DNA of 63,455 nt, filler included, from Dirinaria sp. TL-2023a (taxonomy: Eukaryota), in NCBI GenBank assembly GCA_051941275.1. It is 17 parts of 17 records of this genome, joined end to end, with 100 filler letters (N's around TTAATTAATTAA, not from the genome) between each part and the next. Parts side by side here need not be neighbours in the genome. Positions count along the whole stretch, not along the records: positions 1 to 3,671 come from JAVEBF010001991.1; positions 3,772 to 7,440 come from JAVEBF010001992.1; positions 7,541 to 11,203 come from JAVEBF010001993.1; positions 11,304 to 14,961 come from JAVEBF010001994.1; 13 more parts are not named here. One strand, 5' to 3'. Position 1 is the stretch's first letter, and each line of letters opens with the position of its first letter. Shown here one piece after another: positions 1-11,572 of this stretch. A program made the translations under genes and the position numbers. Under the pieces are notes generated by a model. It saw only the letters and a list, made by a program, of their open reading frames with translations, searched no databases and was not told the origin of the DNA.

Positions 1-30
1 CATCTCCATCTCCCCAAACCCCCCCCAAAA

Positions 31-848
31 ATGCCTCCCATCTCTCCAACCATATCCTCAATCCTGGACTCCCACCCCTCAAACCCAGACACCTCCGAAA
101 CCGACATCGACATCGACAGCGACATCGACAACCTCCTCGACACCGAAACCGACCCGACGGAAACCGCTCTCCGGGAACACCGTCTGCAGCAACTGCACTC
201 TGAACTTTCGCGCGCGCGGGACCTGCGCAGGGATAAAACCCACGGCTCGTATGTGGAGGTGACGGACGAGAAGGAGGTGCTGGAGATCACGACGGGGACG
301 GGCTGGTGCGTGGTGCACTTCCTGAAGCCCGAGTTTGGGCGGTGCGCGGTCATGGATGGGAAGATTGAGGTATGTATGTTTACTTACTTACTGCTGAAAT
401 GCTGGTCCGGATCTTACCATCCACCTGATGAACGTGTTTGTGTGTTTATGATCAACAAGAAGAAGAACAAAAGGGAGGAGCGTTTATGTATGAGCTGATG
501 ACAATGAGTCAACAAAAATAGTAGGCCCTAGCACCCCACCACATCGAAACCCGCTTCCTGCGGATCAACGTCGAGAACGCGCCTTTCCTCGTCGCGAAGC
601 TGAAGATCCAGGTCCTACCCTGCGTGATCGTATTCGTGGACGGGATCAGTGTCGATCGGATCATTGGATTCGAGGGGCTCGGATATAGCGAGGATACGTT
701 TACGGCACGGGATCTAGAGGCGAGGCTATTAAAGGCTGGGGTGTTGGCAAGATTGAAACTTTCCCGATTGGATGACGGCGGTGAACCTCGACAGCGGCTC
801 GATGAAGTTGTGCATGATGGTGAGGAAGATGATGATGATTGGGATTGA
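31..848 (+). CDS. PLP1: Phosducin-like thioredoxin-fold protein (Plp1/TXNDC9 type), 2 exons (31-369, 525-848)
   Basis: GTATGT donor at 370 and TAG acceptor at 524 join ..VVHFLKPEFGRCAVMDGKIE to ALAPHHIETRFLRINVENAPFLVAKLKIQVLPCVIVFVDG..DRIIGFEGLG. Acidic tail ends DDDDWD. Confidence 0.88.
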
Positions 849-1649
849 AGAAGCTGCTGGCGGTTTTGATGAGAGTAGGGTTTTGTGATTAGGATGCATT
901 TTGGAGGGCATGGAAGGCTTGGGACTGATACGTCCAGCGGGTTACAGAATAGGGAGCCCAGAGAGCAATCAGCCTGTTAATCAAGGTGGGAGATTACCTA
1001 GGAGCAATACAAGTCCTAACCTCCAAAAATATAGCAAAGGAAAGCTCAATCTATTGTTTCGAGAATGGGCATTGGACGCAAAAAGTAATTTAACATAAGA
1101 TAGTTCAGAACTGGGTCAAAGGTTGGGGTAGTACCATTGAAAGCATGCCGCAGCATCAGTAGACTACTTCTTCCTGTTTCATTCAGTTAATAATGCTGTG
1201 CGGCCTTTCATCCATAGCCTTACGAAGCAGAGCAAATGTGCGATAATAGATAGTAGTATGAGAGTGTGCTTACGCAGTAAGGTAGTAAGCCAAGTTCGTA
1301 TTGATTTCTATCGGGTATGATTTGATTGATGCATGCAACGCGCGCCCAGCTCGAAACTGTTTCAAATAGAATTCAAGCCATCCAGCACAAAATTTGTTTG
1401 TGCAAAACTCGCTCGACTCGTGAAAACCATGTGTGTGTGCTTTAGAAATACATTTAGCGGCCATTGTTGCGGAAACAAGCTGACTTATGCAGGGCGCAGA
1501 TGAGGTCGTGGGCCCCGAAAGTGTGGGCTGCCTCCATGCGTCTCCAGGATCAAGAACTGAATCAGTGACAGACCGACCCCACGGCCAGATATCTCTGCTC
1601 TCTATGCCCTTCTTTTGGATCCGCCATCGATTGTGCCAATCCTAGGGCT

Positions 1650-3343
1650 TTAAATGTCTACGCTCTTCATCCCATCCAATCCATCGACACCCAAACCTGT
1701 TACCGATGGCTTGGTATGGTTCTCCTTGTTCGCTTCGTCTTGCGACGTAGTAGACTCGACAGGTTTGTGCATACTTTCCGGTCGACTGTCAGGCAACTTC
1801 TCGAAGCGTTCAGAGATTGGGGTTGCAAGCTCGACCAGCTTGCCTTCTGAGTCGTTCGGGAGATCAATAGTACTGTCTTTCCTGCCACCAGTATAGATCG
1901 GCTTCGGAGCGGGAACCTCAGAAACCTGGGCAAGTGGGCTTGGTTTGGCCTTGACACCTCGCGGACTTGAAGACAAAGGGCCCCGGCCCGGCAATCGCTG
2001 TGGAGAGCGTCCCCTCTCCTCGACCGGACTACCGTATGGTGACCCGCGGTTAGAGCCACTGGGATGCTGAGTATTGATGGCGAGACCCGGGCTTTGCTTT
2101 CTCTTCGGCATCCTTCGGCCAAATTTTTGGTCCATCCTCCATCTCAGAATATCGAGATACGCAGGCTCGACTCCAGCAGTTCTGAACTCACGAAGCTTCA
2201 ACTCCTGCGTCTCTTCATCGACAAACACTTTCTCACTAGTCATGTCGTCGGCGACTGTCGCCAAGAATGCAGCCCAAGATCGAGCTATAACATACTTGCA
2301 GTCGTAGTCCCGCCCAAAGATGATGATTTGGCCCCACTTACCCACTGGACCCGGGGCAAGATCTACCGCGATGTTGTTCCCACCCCAGTCACGGGCAAGA
2401 GGAATCCAGCCAGGGTGCGCATAAGCTTTCTGTATGGCCCTGGGCGGTTGTGAGTCCTGTCGATCGAGGAGCTCTTCCCTCCAGAAGGGGTTGGTAGCTG
2501 TCTGTGATGATGTTTGAGATGAGGTTGACGGGGCACCACCAAAAGCTTTAAGCGTCATTTGGCCGTCGCGGCTGGCGGGCTTTGTGAGATATTCTTCATT
2601 CACGACTTTCCAATTCTTCCATTCCTGAACAATCTCCTCGCAGTCCAACAGCATGCACCCAAAGATGATGCCGGTAGGTCTGCCGCCCCTCTCTTGCCCA
2701 TCATGAACCTGCAAAGATTCTCGGACCTCCATTGGTAGACTACAGTCCAATTCGTGCTCCAGCTCATTGACGTCATTTTGCGTACTTCCCTGTGATAGCT
2801 GATCCCACAGCTCTTCGTAGTGATCCTCTGCCCAACGATCGATCCTTTTCCAGGAGTGAGAAACTGGAGGAGGTGGTGGAAGCCCTTCCTGAAAACTTTG
2901 CATCTGGATTTCTCCAGGAGTTGCATTTTCGAGCGGGATTTGCTGTTCGGCAGATTGCTGCCGTTGCATGGCCGACCTCATGCCCGGCGAATAGGGAGAA
3001 CCAGGAGATTGCATAGTGCCGGCACCAGGCGTGCCGGGCCAGCCGGCTGCGCCATTCTGTATCGGAGTGGATGAGCGAGGGCCGTCGGCGAAGGGAGAGC
3101 TCAGGTCGGCCTGCGAGTCCATTGCGCTGGTTGCGACGGATGTGAGAGGGGCATGGCGGCTTTGGTTGAGCGGCATGTGCGCGCCTGTACGGTAGGGGGA
3201 ATCATGGGATGCGTGACGGTCATTTGAGGTCAAAGTGTGCCAAAAGGAGCGCCAGGTCGCCGCGAGCCTGGAAGTGTGCGCATGTCAGCCCTCAACTCGT
3301 GACTGCAGTAAATAGCTGAGCGGTGTGCTCACCCAGGCGCCAT
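1650..3343 (-). CDS. SMI1: Knr4/Smi1 glucan synthesis regulator, 2 exons (3343-3333, 3267-1650)
   Basis: Splicing gives MAPGLAATWRSFWHTLTSNDRHA. SMI1/KNR4 motifs: SWKRIDRWAEDHYEEL, ESLQVHDGQERGG, AYAHPGWIPLARDWGGNNIAVDLAPGP.GKWGQIIIFGRD. Confidence 0.93.
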
Positions 3344-3671
3344 GGCGGATTCAATTCTCAGCCTTTTGTTGTGTAAACAGGAGGTTCTGGAGTTGGGTGA
3401 ATAGCAGGATTGGCAGGTGGATGAGAAGAAGTAATGTATTGATTAGGTACTAGTAATGGAGGTGGTCGAAAATAGAAGGTAGCCCAGGTTTTACCTTACT
3501 TCCATTATTATTCATTTCACGTTCTAGTGAGATTATTGGGGAGAGTTTAAGGGGAAGCGCGTTCGGGCAAGAGCGTATTATTACTTGCACAAAGCGCAAC
3601 TTAGCGCAATTTCCCAGTCTTGGCATTCAAAAGAAGACCGAAATTTGCACCCAGCCGATGAGCCGAGCCAG

Positions 3672-3771
3672 NNNNNNNNNNNNNNNNNNNNNNNNNNNNN
3701 NNNNNNNNNNNNNNNTTAATTAATTAANNNNNNNNNNNNNNNNNNNNNNNNNNNNNNNNNNNNNNNNNNNN
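3672..3771. other. Artificial contig linker (44 N + TTAATTAATTAA + 44 N); first of 16 identical linkers
   Basis: Identical 100-nt spacers start at 3672, 7441, 11204, 14962, 18719, 22467, 26215, 29960, 33701, 37432, 41161, 44888, 48614, 52337, 56047 and 59757. TTAATTAATTAA gives stops in all six frames. Confidence 0.99.
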
Positions 3772-5376
3772 ATCAAAAATGGTGAATGGTCAAATCCGTT
3801 ATGAACTTAGCGCAAAAGCCCTTTCGAGGTATACGGCGTTATACAATGCGCCTTAGATTTTTTGATCTGGAGTTCTTCTTGCACTTTTTGGCGTTTGGGC
3901 GTTCCGTGAAGGACCAGAAGCTGTACCTAGATTACTTGTACTTGTTTTTCGAAGTGAGTTGAGGCGGATATCGCCCTGTTTAGTTGCTTTGGCTGACTTC
4001 GCTTGATATGTGTGTCTGGAGAAATCTTTCGTTTCATTATCTTGTAGAAGCCACTCAGGTCTCACGGTACGCACAGTGCACAACCACTTGGACGCTCGAT
4101 CATGATCTCCTGTTACGATCGTGCGAGAAGACTGACTTGTGGCGTGTGACGTGGCCATGTAGCGGACCTGGGGATATGGCGCGAGTCAATATTGGAACCT
4201 GACCGATATTGATGACTCGAGTTTAGTTAGGTAGACTTGCCAGGAGGATTGTGGGTTTACACACATGCACATGGTGATGCCCAGACGCTCTGCAGAAGCG
4301 AGCTCCAACAGTCAGAAAACCATTCCTAATTTCATTTGTTGCGTGTATAGGTATTGCAACATCTTGATACCTGAGTCAGGTAAATACTTTTATTGAATTC
4401 CTCTGTAAAATACTTGGGCCAAGCTTGTCAGCCATATAAGGCGGCCTACCAGAGAAGCTACCTAGTAAGAAGCTATATCACTATGCCTTAGGTACCCTTG
4501 GTATAGAAAAGGGAACAACATAATTGATTAAATGCTTGAGTCTGAAGTGTGCCCTCTTTCATTATACGCAGGTGGCAAACCCGAAAGCCGACGTCGGTAA
4601 AGATTCCTCAGCGTTAGCTACTACGGTCCTCGCTGCCACATTGCACTCTTGGGACGCGAGTAATTAGATTGACTCTCAGAGTCATTTTAAGATTTTTTTG
4701 GATTGGCTGAAGGGATTATCGCATAGAACTCGACATCAGAGAAGCTGTGTATTGTAGATATACTTTGTAAGACAACATTTGACTTCGCATTATATTCAAT
4801 GACGGGGGCGGAAATTTCGATGTTTGTCTTACCAGACGTTTACTGGTGTGGGAGAGAATGCTTGTAGAGTCTCCCTTTTAGCAGATCTGGGGTGGAGTGT
4901 GTTGGAAATTTCGCTTATACCTAGCGCCTTGGCATTGTTATGTGTGTTTAAGGGGCGCCAAATCCTCCTGGCAAGTCTATCTTCAGTGTCATCAAGAATG
5001 TCCATTTCCAACATTTTGTGGAGTTGACGACTTGTGGATTATGAGTCCGAGTAACTCCTAGTCTAATAATGTTGAAAAAAGCTGACTTTGGAAAGGGACG
5101 CTTGAGGAATGTGGCTCCGTTGCAGTGAGTAATAAGGATGGACGCAGATGGACATAGGCGTCTCATCCTCGCTTTCGCATATTTTTGGCCAAGCGTGGAT
5201 TATCCGCACGCATTCGTCAAGTGAACAAGCGCCAGCTTTTCAAGCGATCGGTAAGATGGATGTTGGAACGTAAGCGCACGATTCATTTTAGAGTCCCACA
5301 TAGTTTTGCTTATCAGATCTCCTCTCCTTGCTGCGCAAAATCTTTATCAATCTAGATCGGTGAAAGAAAGAAAAAC

Positions 5377-5976
5377 ATGCTCTCATCCCTTCTTCTCCAC
5401 TGGATGTTTATGCTCGCAACTTTCTGCGCTCAATCTTGGGGGACCGAATGTTTCCACACCCGGAGCGCCTTGCCCGTACTTTTCCACTGCCGCGACCTCA
5501 CGAACGCAATCGCCTGGCTTGCGCACCAGCCGGGGGAAAACGACCTCAAGTCATGGGGGCGGCACCTGCCAACGACGGCACGGACCCAGAGCCTGCCCAA
5601 GCTTTACTATATTGTCGGCGCTGTCCTTCGGACGACCTGCGCTGTCCAGGTCGACGTTGACCAGACCGACGCTCTCGCTGTGGACTCGTTCCGGCAGAGC
5701 GATGTTGCGGTGTCGGCGTCAAACGTGGTCGACCGGTGTTTGGTGAGGCAGCAGTTGCTCGGATCCGACTTTCCCGGTGAGGCTGCACATGTGTATGTCA
5801 TGATCCTCAGGATCGATGCCTCGGCTCGACTAGAACTCTCTCGCGCACATGATGTCCAAGACGTAAAACTACCAGGCTCGGCGGATGTGTTGCGAATCCT
5901 CACGGGATATCATCCGATATATGGGATAGGCGTATATAGAGGTAACAATTCGTTGAGTCGGGTAGATGACCAATAG
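5377..5976 (+). CDS. Putative small secreted Cys-containing protein (effector-like)
   Basis: 199-aa ORF with a hydrophobic N-terminal signal-like segment (MLSSLLLHWMFMLATFCAQSWG) and four further spaced Cys. GC-rich coding-like island in AT-richer flanks. Confidence 0.6.
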   Translation: MLSSLLLHWMFMLATFCAQSWGTECFHTRSALPVLFHCRDLTNAIAWLAHQPGENDLKSWGRHLPTTARTQSLPKLYYIVGAVLRTTCAVQVDVDQTDALAVDSFRQSDVAVSASNVVDRCLVRQQLLGSDFPGEAAHVYVMILRIDASARLELSRAHDVQDVKLPGSADVLRILTGYHPIYGIGVYRGNNSLSRVDDQ

Positions 5977-7110
5977 CGACCTCGCTCATACCTTTTGGGG
6001 TCAGTCTTCACAGATTCGACTGCGATACTGAAATCAATCAAAACGGACACACTTTACTTTTCCATATCTTGTTTCGTTTCCACTGCACTCATCTCCACCG
6101 GAGGCGCTCAACTATTCAAAAGGACTCCTATCATGATCAGCAGACGACAAGAGAAAGTAAGCGAGTAACTTGACTTTAGTCATATAGTTGAAGGAAATGA
6201 AACGGAGCTCACTAGATCTTCCATCAGAGCGCGAAAAGTATTACACGTCCATTGCATCCGGTGAACAATAAGAAGCAGGTACTACTAATTTTCAAGAGCA
6301 AACCATCCAAAGTCACCCAATGTTGCCCTTCCCGTCTTCCATCCCGGGGGGCGAAACTGTGGTGATCTAGTGTTGAGGAGGCTCGTTGTACTCAAACGAC
6401 AGAACAACGAGCTACTGAAAAACGCGCGTTTCGGTTAATTCGACTGTTTCCTTTACTTTCTTTAGGCATTTCCGCGCATGTTGACTTAGAAGTCCGAGTA
6501 TCTTCGGTTCAGAGTCACCTATCGAATCGAAACTCGACGCTAAACCTAATTTAGCAATATTGACTACCCTTGAGGTGCACAAATGGTAGTGGCTTACTTA
6601 TATCTGCTCGCTCGATATTCATATAAATTTAACAATGCTAGTCTGAGAAGACATTGAAAGCGCTTTGCGGACATGATTTGGGCCTCTGATTGCATAACAG
6701 CGTGCGTGGGTCAAACAGCCACGGCCTACTGTGTCAATCTACAGTCCCGGTGCAAGCAGCGATTAGTAGTCGTCTTTTGCAACTCTTGCCTGGATTTTTC
6801 CTTTGCTAAAGACTAGCTTGTGTTTCTCAAGTAGATACAGTCATGAGTATCGCAGGTTTTGTCACAAAAGATTTCACCGTTAAACATGATCTACAATCAC
6901 TATCACCCAAAACGTTCGGTCACGAAAAATGGTCAGAGTTAGACAAAAGTAGAAGACTTGATATTTAAATGAGTGTGAATCAGTCTTCTGAAATTAGGAA
7001 CATGCTGTATGACTTGTATGTCATAGCTCTATGGGTTTCCACCACCACCAGCAAATACCTCACCACAACAAACCGTCAACCTGGGCTTTTCCGACAGAGT
7101 AGGAACTTTC

Positions 7111-7440
7111 TCATGTATTTCCGTAGTGTCCTGCGCTCTCGTTAGTAGTAGTCGACAGACAAGACTTTACCAAACAAATTCAACACATGAGGGGGAAGAA
7201 ACATACCGTCGTGGCCACCGAGCCAGCCACAGTAGACACAGCGGATTTTCGGCGTATATTGTTGGCATTGGTAACATACATGGCCCAGCACAATCATCCC
7301 CGGGACGTCCGTTGAATAGCCAGAAGAAGGATCAATGCAGCCGCCTTCAGCACCGACGTGGGTATTGGGTGTCGCATCGTATTCAGCGTCGTTGGAACGA
7401 GGGTCCCCGTAGAAGGAGGAGTTTGTAGCGCCAGGGAAGA
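7111..7440 (-). CDS. 3' end of a hypothetical protein with a CxxC-x8-CxxC zinc-ribbon-like motif (5'-partial, intron 7206-7131)
   Basis: Open frame from the contig end reads ..VLGHVCYQCQQYTPKIRCVYCGWLGGHD. GTATGT donor, CTAAC branch and CAG acceptor lead to GHYGNT*. Not in the ORF track. Confidence 0.5.
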
Positions 7441-8274
7441 NNNNNNNNNNNNNNNNNNNNNNNNNNNNNNNNNNNNNNNNNNNNTTAATTAATTAANNNN
7501 NNNNNNNNNNNNNNNNNNNNNNNNNNNNNNNNNNNNNNNNGGGTGTGAAAGGGAGCGATTGGCTCGATTAAAGGCAGGCTAATGAAGGATTAGTGCAAAG
7601 AATTGGACTTGGCTAAGTTGGCTGGGATGACTGTCAGAGTAGCCTATGAATGCTACGAGTTGCCGGGCGCTTAGAAACATCTCAGGGAAGCAGTTGAAGG
7701 CGACCCTGATTGGCGTGACGCGAAGCCGCTAACCCGAAACGTGGCGTCATGCTTGCTGCACCTCTCAGACTCGAATGCACAAGCTTGACGAGGAGAACGA
7801 GCTACCTATTAGCTATTCATCCCTCTTGGGCCTCTTGGGTGCCTCTTCATCACTCTGCACGCTCGAGGATTCCCACCGTCCACCCACTCGAGCCACTCAC
7901 CCAGTCTCCCAGAGCTTAGTCGTCCCTTTGGAACCAAGCTAGTCAAAAGTACCCGCCGAATGCCCATCACTCCCGTCTGCACAGCAAGTAGTCGGCGTCT
8001 CAGAGGTACATACAGATCGTGGCCCACTAGAGCTCTGGCCCTCCTTCCCAACCACTCCCCCAAGGGCCCCAGCATGGACACATTCTACAAAAGCGCATCA
8101 GCCGCCCACCGCCCGGCGGGCCTTCGTTTCCTCCTTTTTCGTCATTCCGCCAACCTTGTTGCCTGATTACTATAATTGAAAGAGGTGCATACATCGCGGC
8201 AACGCATACTCGTCATCGTCTATCTCGCTTCAATTCTCTTTCGTCTTATTGCTGGTTACCTTCCATAGCTCGCC

Positions 8275-10602
8275 ATGGTAAGTCCAATGCTGCGCCCTGC
8301 GCCAATGGATCCCCATTGAAACCCATTCTAGGCGTTCATGGCATCGGCTTCACGCCGAAGTGATGCGGAGATGTTTCAGAAAGGTCACGGCAAACCACTC
8401 TTCGCCGCGACAAGCCTGTCAAGGCCGATGTCCGAGGCGTCAGAGTTCTCGGATACCGAATTCGAGGAGGACTTCAGTGATGGCGAAGGGTACTCTGGCC
8501 GGCGCAGCGAGGAATCGGTAAGCCGATGGAAGCCCTACAATTGGACCTCCCTGCTCACCTACTCCCAGTTTGGAAAACAGAGCGACACCTCCCTGTCTAC
8601 ATCTGATGAATTGCGCACGCCGGCTTCCAACGACTTCAGTGGATTCAAATTTCAATTGCCCGAGAAGCCTGCGCCATCAAAGCCAGTTGAAGGACCTGTT
8701 GGGCCTCATCTGTTCCGCATGTCGCAAGACACTGCGCAAGACGTCGATTTCTATCTCTCCATGTCTCCAGTTGTTTCTCCTCATCATTTCAGGGCCGGAC
8801 CCATCGCGACTACGGATGTCTATGTGCGCCAGGAACAGGAGACTGCGCCTTTAAGCAGCATACCATTGCGGGCGTGGACGCCACGACAAGTCACCGAGTG
8901 GATGGTTGATTTTGGATTCGAGGAGTCGTTGGTAGAGAAATTTCGCTCCCACGACATCTCCGGAGCGATACTGGAGGATCTGCAATTTGGAGATCTCAAA
9001 GAGCTAGGCGTTCATTCGTTTGGCCAACGCCATCGACTATGGAATGAGATTCGAAGTCTCAGAGGGAGCGGACTGGGTGCCACAACCATGGTCCCCGCGC
9101 CGGAGAGGAGCCCTTCGCCAAGGGGTGATGGTCAGCCACAAGTTCGTGCAGCGCTCTCGCCCGTTTGCTCAACTCCAACCACACCCGAGGAAGAGAACAC
9201 CCGATCGGCTTTTCTGAGCCAGCGACGCGCTCGACGGGCGAGAAGGCCTGACGATATCATATCCCCAGCAGAGTCAGCCTCAATAGTAGCAATTGAGCAA
9301 CTTCTTCCGAAGCCGCATCACTGCTCCAAAGGCGAGAATTGCTCGAAATGGCAGAAGCAGCAACGTAAATTGGCGAAAATCGCAAAGGAATTCCCATTAG
9401 AGCTCCAGCAGATTGGCGAAGCAAACATTTCACCTACCGAGACAGCGTTCCGGCCGGCCTCTGAGGCAGTACCTTCTGTCGTTGCATCATCTGCTTTACT
9501 AGGGCCAGGAGCAACACCCGTACTTCGCCTCGATGAGAAAGTTCTCAAGGTCGTCCAGTCACGAGACCCGCAAGAGAATGTGCGCCAATTCCTCAACTTT
9601 CAGCATCTAGAAGGGCCCTCGGATGAGGTTACAGCGCCTCCGTACGAGATGTTCCCTCCAACGTCGCCTCCAAGCAATACACAGGCACCTCACGGGAACT
9701 TGCGGAGCCTACCAAAGCTCACTATTCCGGATGCTTCCCTCACTGATGCTGGCTCTTTTGATCGCACTATTGTCCGAGAGACCCGCACTCCGATCACCGC
9801 AATGGAGATTGGAGACCGAAGCGCGGCGGACGGTATTTACAGGCTCGGAAGCCCGGCCTCTGCCATGGACGTGCCAGTGACGGCGATCCCGCCTGGCCCT
9901 ATCGCGCGTGACGAGTCCCAATCAGTTCCTCCTGATATGCGCTTCGGCGGCGCTGCTTTTTCCCGATCTTTGTCGCGAGCCGGCCACCGGCCGCAATTCT
10001 TTGAGCCCATCGTCCGACCTCAAACCAGCGCTCCCTGCCGATCCACCTCCCGAGCGTCGCAGCGCCCCCGGCCAAGCTTCGCCATGCCACCAGTCGAGGA
10101 GCGACGGGAGCAAGTCCTGAGCCCCGTTGACCGCACGGATGAACTGACTCCCACCGTCACCGAAGTCTGTCACGCGGGCTGGATGAAGAAGCGCAAGACC
10201 AAGATGTTGCGGCACGAGTGGCACGAGAACCATTTCCGGCTCCACGGGACCCGCCTGGCCATGCACCGCGACTCCAAGGCCCTGGACGCGCTCGAAGCGA
10301 TCGACGTGGACGAGTACGCGGTCGCCTGCTCTTCGCTCGCGTCCAACAAGCTCGGCGCGGCCTTCAAGTCCTTGAAGATCAGCAGCAGGAAAAAGGACGA
10401 TGATCCTGCAGCCTTCAGTTTCCAGCTGGTGCCTGCGGCCGAGAAGAAGGGCATGCTCCACGCCGCCACGGGCAAGACGCATCATTTCGCCGTCAAGACG
10501 CGCGACGAACGCATTGACTGGATGCGCGAGCTCATGCTTGCCAAGGCTATGAAGCAGAAGAGCGAAGGTTGCGAGGTCAACGTCAATGGCAATGCCATGT
10601 AG
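8275..10602 (+). CDS. SAM- and PH-domain protein (Boi-like, no SH3 visible); exons 8275-8277, 8332-8517, 8569-10602
   Basis: SAM: WTPRQVTEWM..FRSHDISGAILEDLQFGDLKELGVHSFGQRHRLWNEI. PH: HAGWMKKRKTKMLRHEWHENHFRL..HHFAVKTRDERIDWMRELMLAK. Canonical GTAAG introns. Confidence 0.85.
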
Positions 10603-11572
10603 CCTCTCTCCCTCGTCCACGCCCTCTGGCTTTCTGTGGCCGGAAATCACTCCACAGCAATACGTATTTCCTTTTCTCTCCTTTTTATCTGGGGAGGCAG
10701 TTTTGCATAGCGAGTCTCGGGATGTCGATTGATTTGACTCTTTTCTTATGTCCCCCTCCTTTTTTGGGTTTCCTTTTGGGAGGCATAGCGTGTGGGCCTA
10801 AAGGTCGGTTTTTCAACACTCTTCTATATGATTTTCAGGTGTGTGGAAAAGAAGAAGAAGAAGAAGAAAAAGAAGAACACCGCGCTGGATCCGCAAAGAA
10901 AAACATTGAGACGTTTTTCCTAAAAAATAACTTTTATAACGATACCCCTCCCCTTTTTAAAGGAAAAAACGGGATTTCTTTTTTCTTCTTCAGGGAGTTT
11001 TCGAATCTTGTATGTACGTAGCTAAGGTTAAAGTCTAGCTAGGTGTGATAAGGTAGATTAGGATCAAGAAGAAGAAGAATATATCATACACCAAAGTTCT
11101 TTTTTTCCGCGCAATAGCTATCCACAAATAAAGTCCAGGGGCTTAGAGAGAGAAAAAGAAAAAAAGAATGGCATGAGAGAATGTCCCTCTCCCCTTCCTC
11201 CTCNNNNNNNNNNNNNNNNNNNNNNNNNNNNNNNNNNNNNNNNNNNNTTAATTAATTAANNNNNNNNNNNNNNNNNNNNNNNNNNNNNNNNNNNNNNNNN
11301 NNNAACATATACCATCTAGGGCCCACTCAGGGCTCTCAGCTACTCCACGACCTCCATCCCAGCATGCAAAAAAGGGGCTATTATTAATTATCAATGTTCA
11401 AAAGGTGTAGACACCACCCAATTCCTGAAAATATAAAAATTGAATAATAAACAATACGACTAGCCACCACCCACCAACCCAGAGCCCTACGCTAAATGCC
11501 AGTACAAGAAAATGCAAGCATTACCAGCAAACAATTGGGGGATTAAAAAAAAAAGAAGGGAGGGGGATGCAA

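Noticed and set aside
1650..3343. SMI1/KNR4 (SUKH) as an immunity gene for the bacterial toxin candidate
   Set aside because: It is the ordinary spliced fungal Knr4 on an unrelated contig.
3716..3727. Regularly spaced TTAATTAATTAA palindromes (about every 3.7 kb) as a biological repeat
   Set aside because: Always embedded in exactly 44+44 N; this is a synthetic six-frame-stop linker.
9922..10650. 242-aa antisense ORF and similar shadow ORFs (28390-29007, 56321-56899, 61923-62360)
   Set aside because: They lie opposite GC3-rich real genes; stop-poor antisense frames are expected and show no recognisable motifs.
10569..11203. 150-aa ORF over GAA repeats and A/T runs
   Set aside because: Low-complexity 3' UTR/intergenic sequence of the SAM-PH gene.
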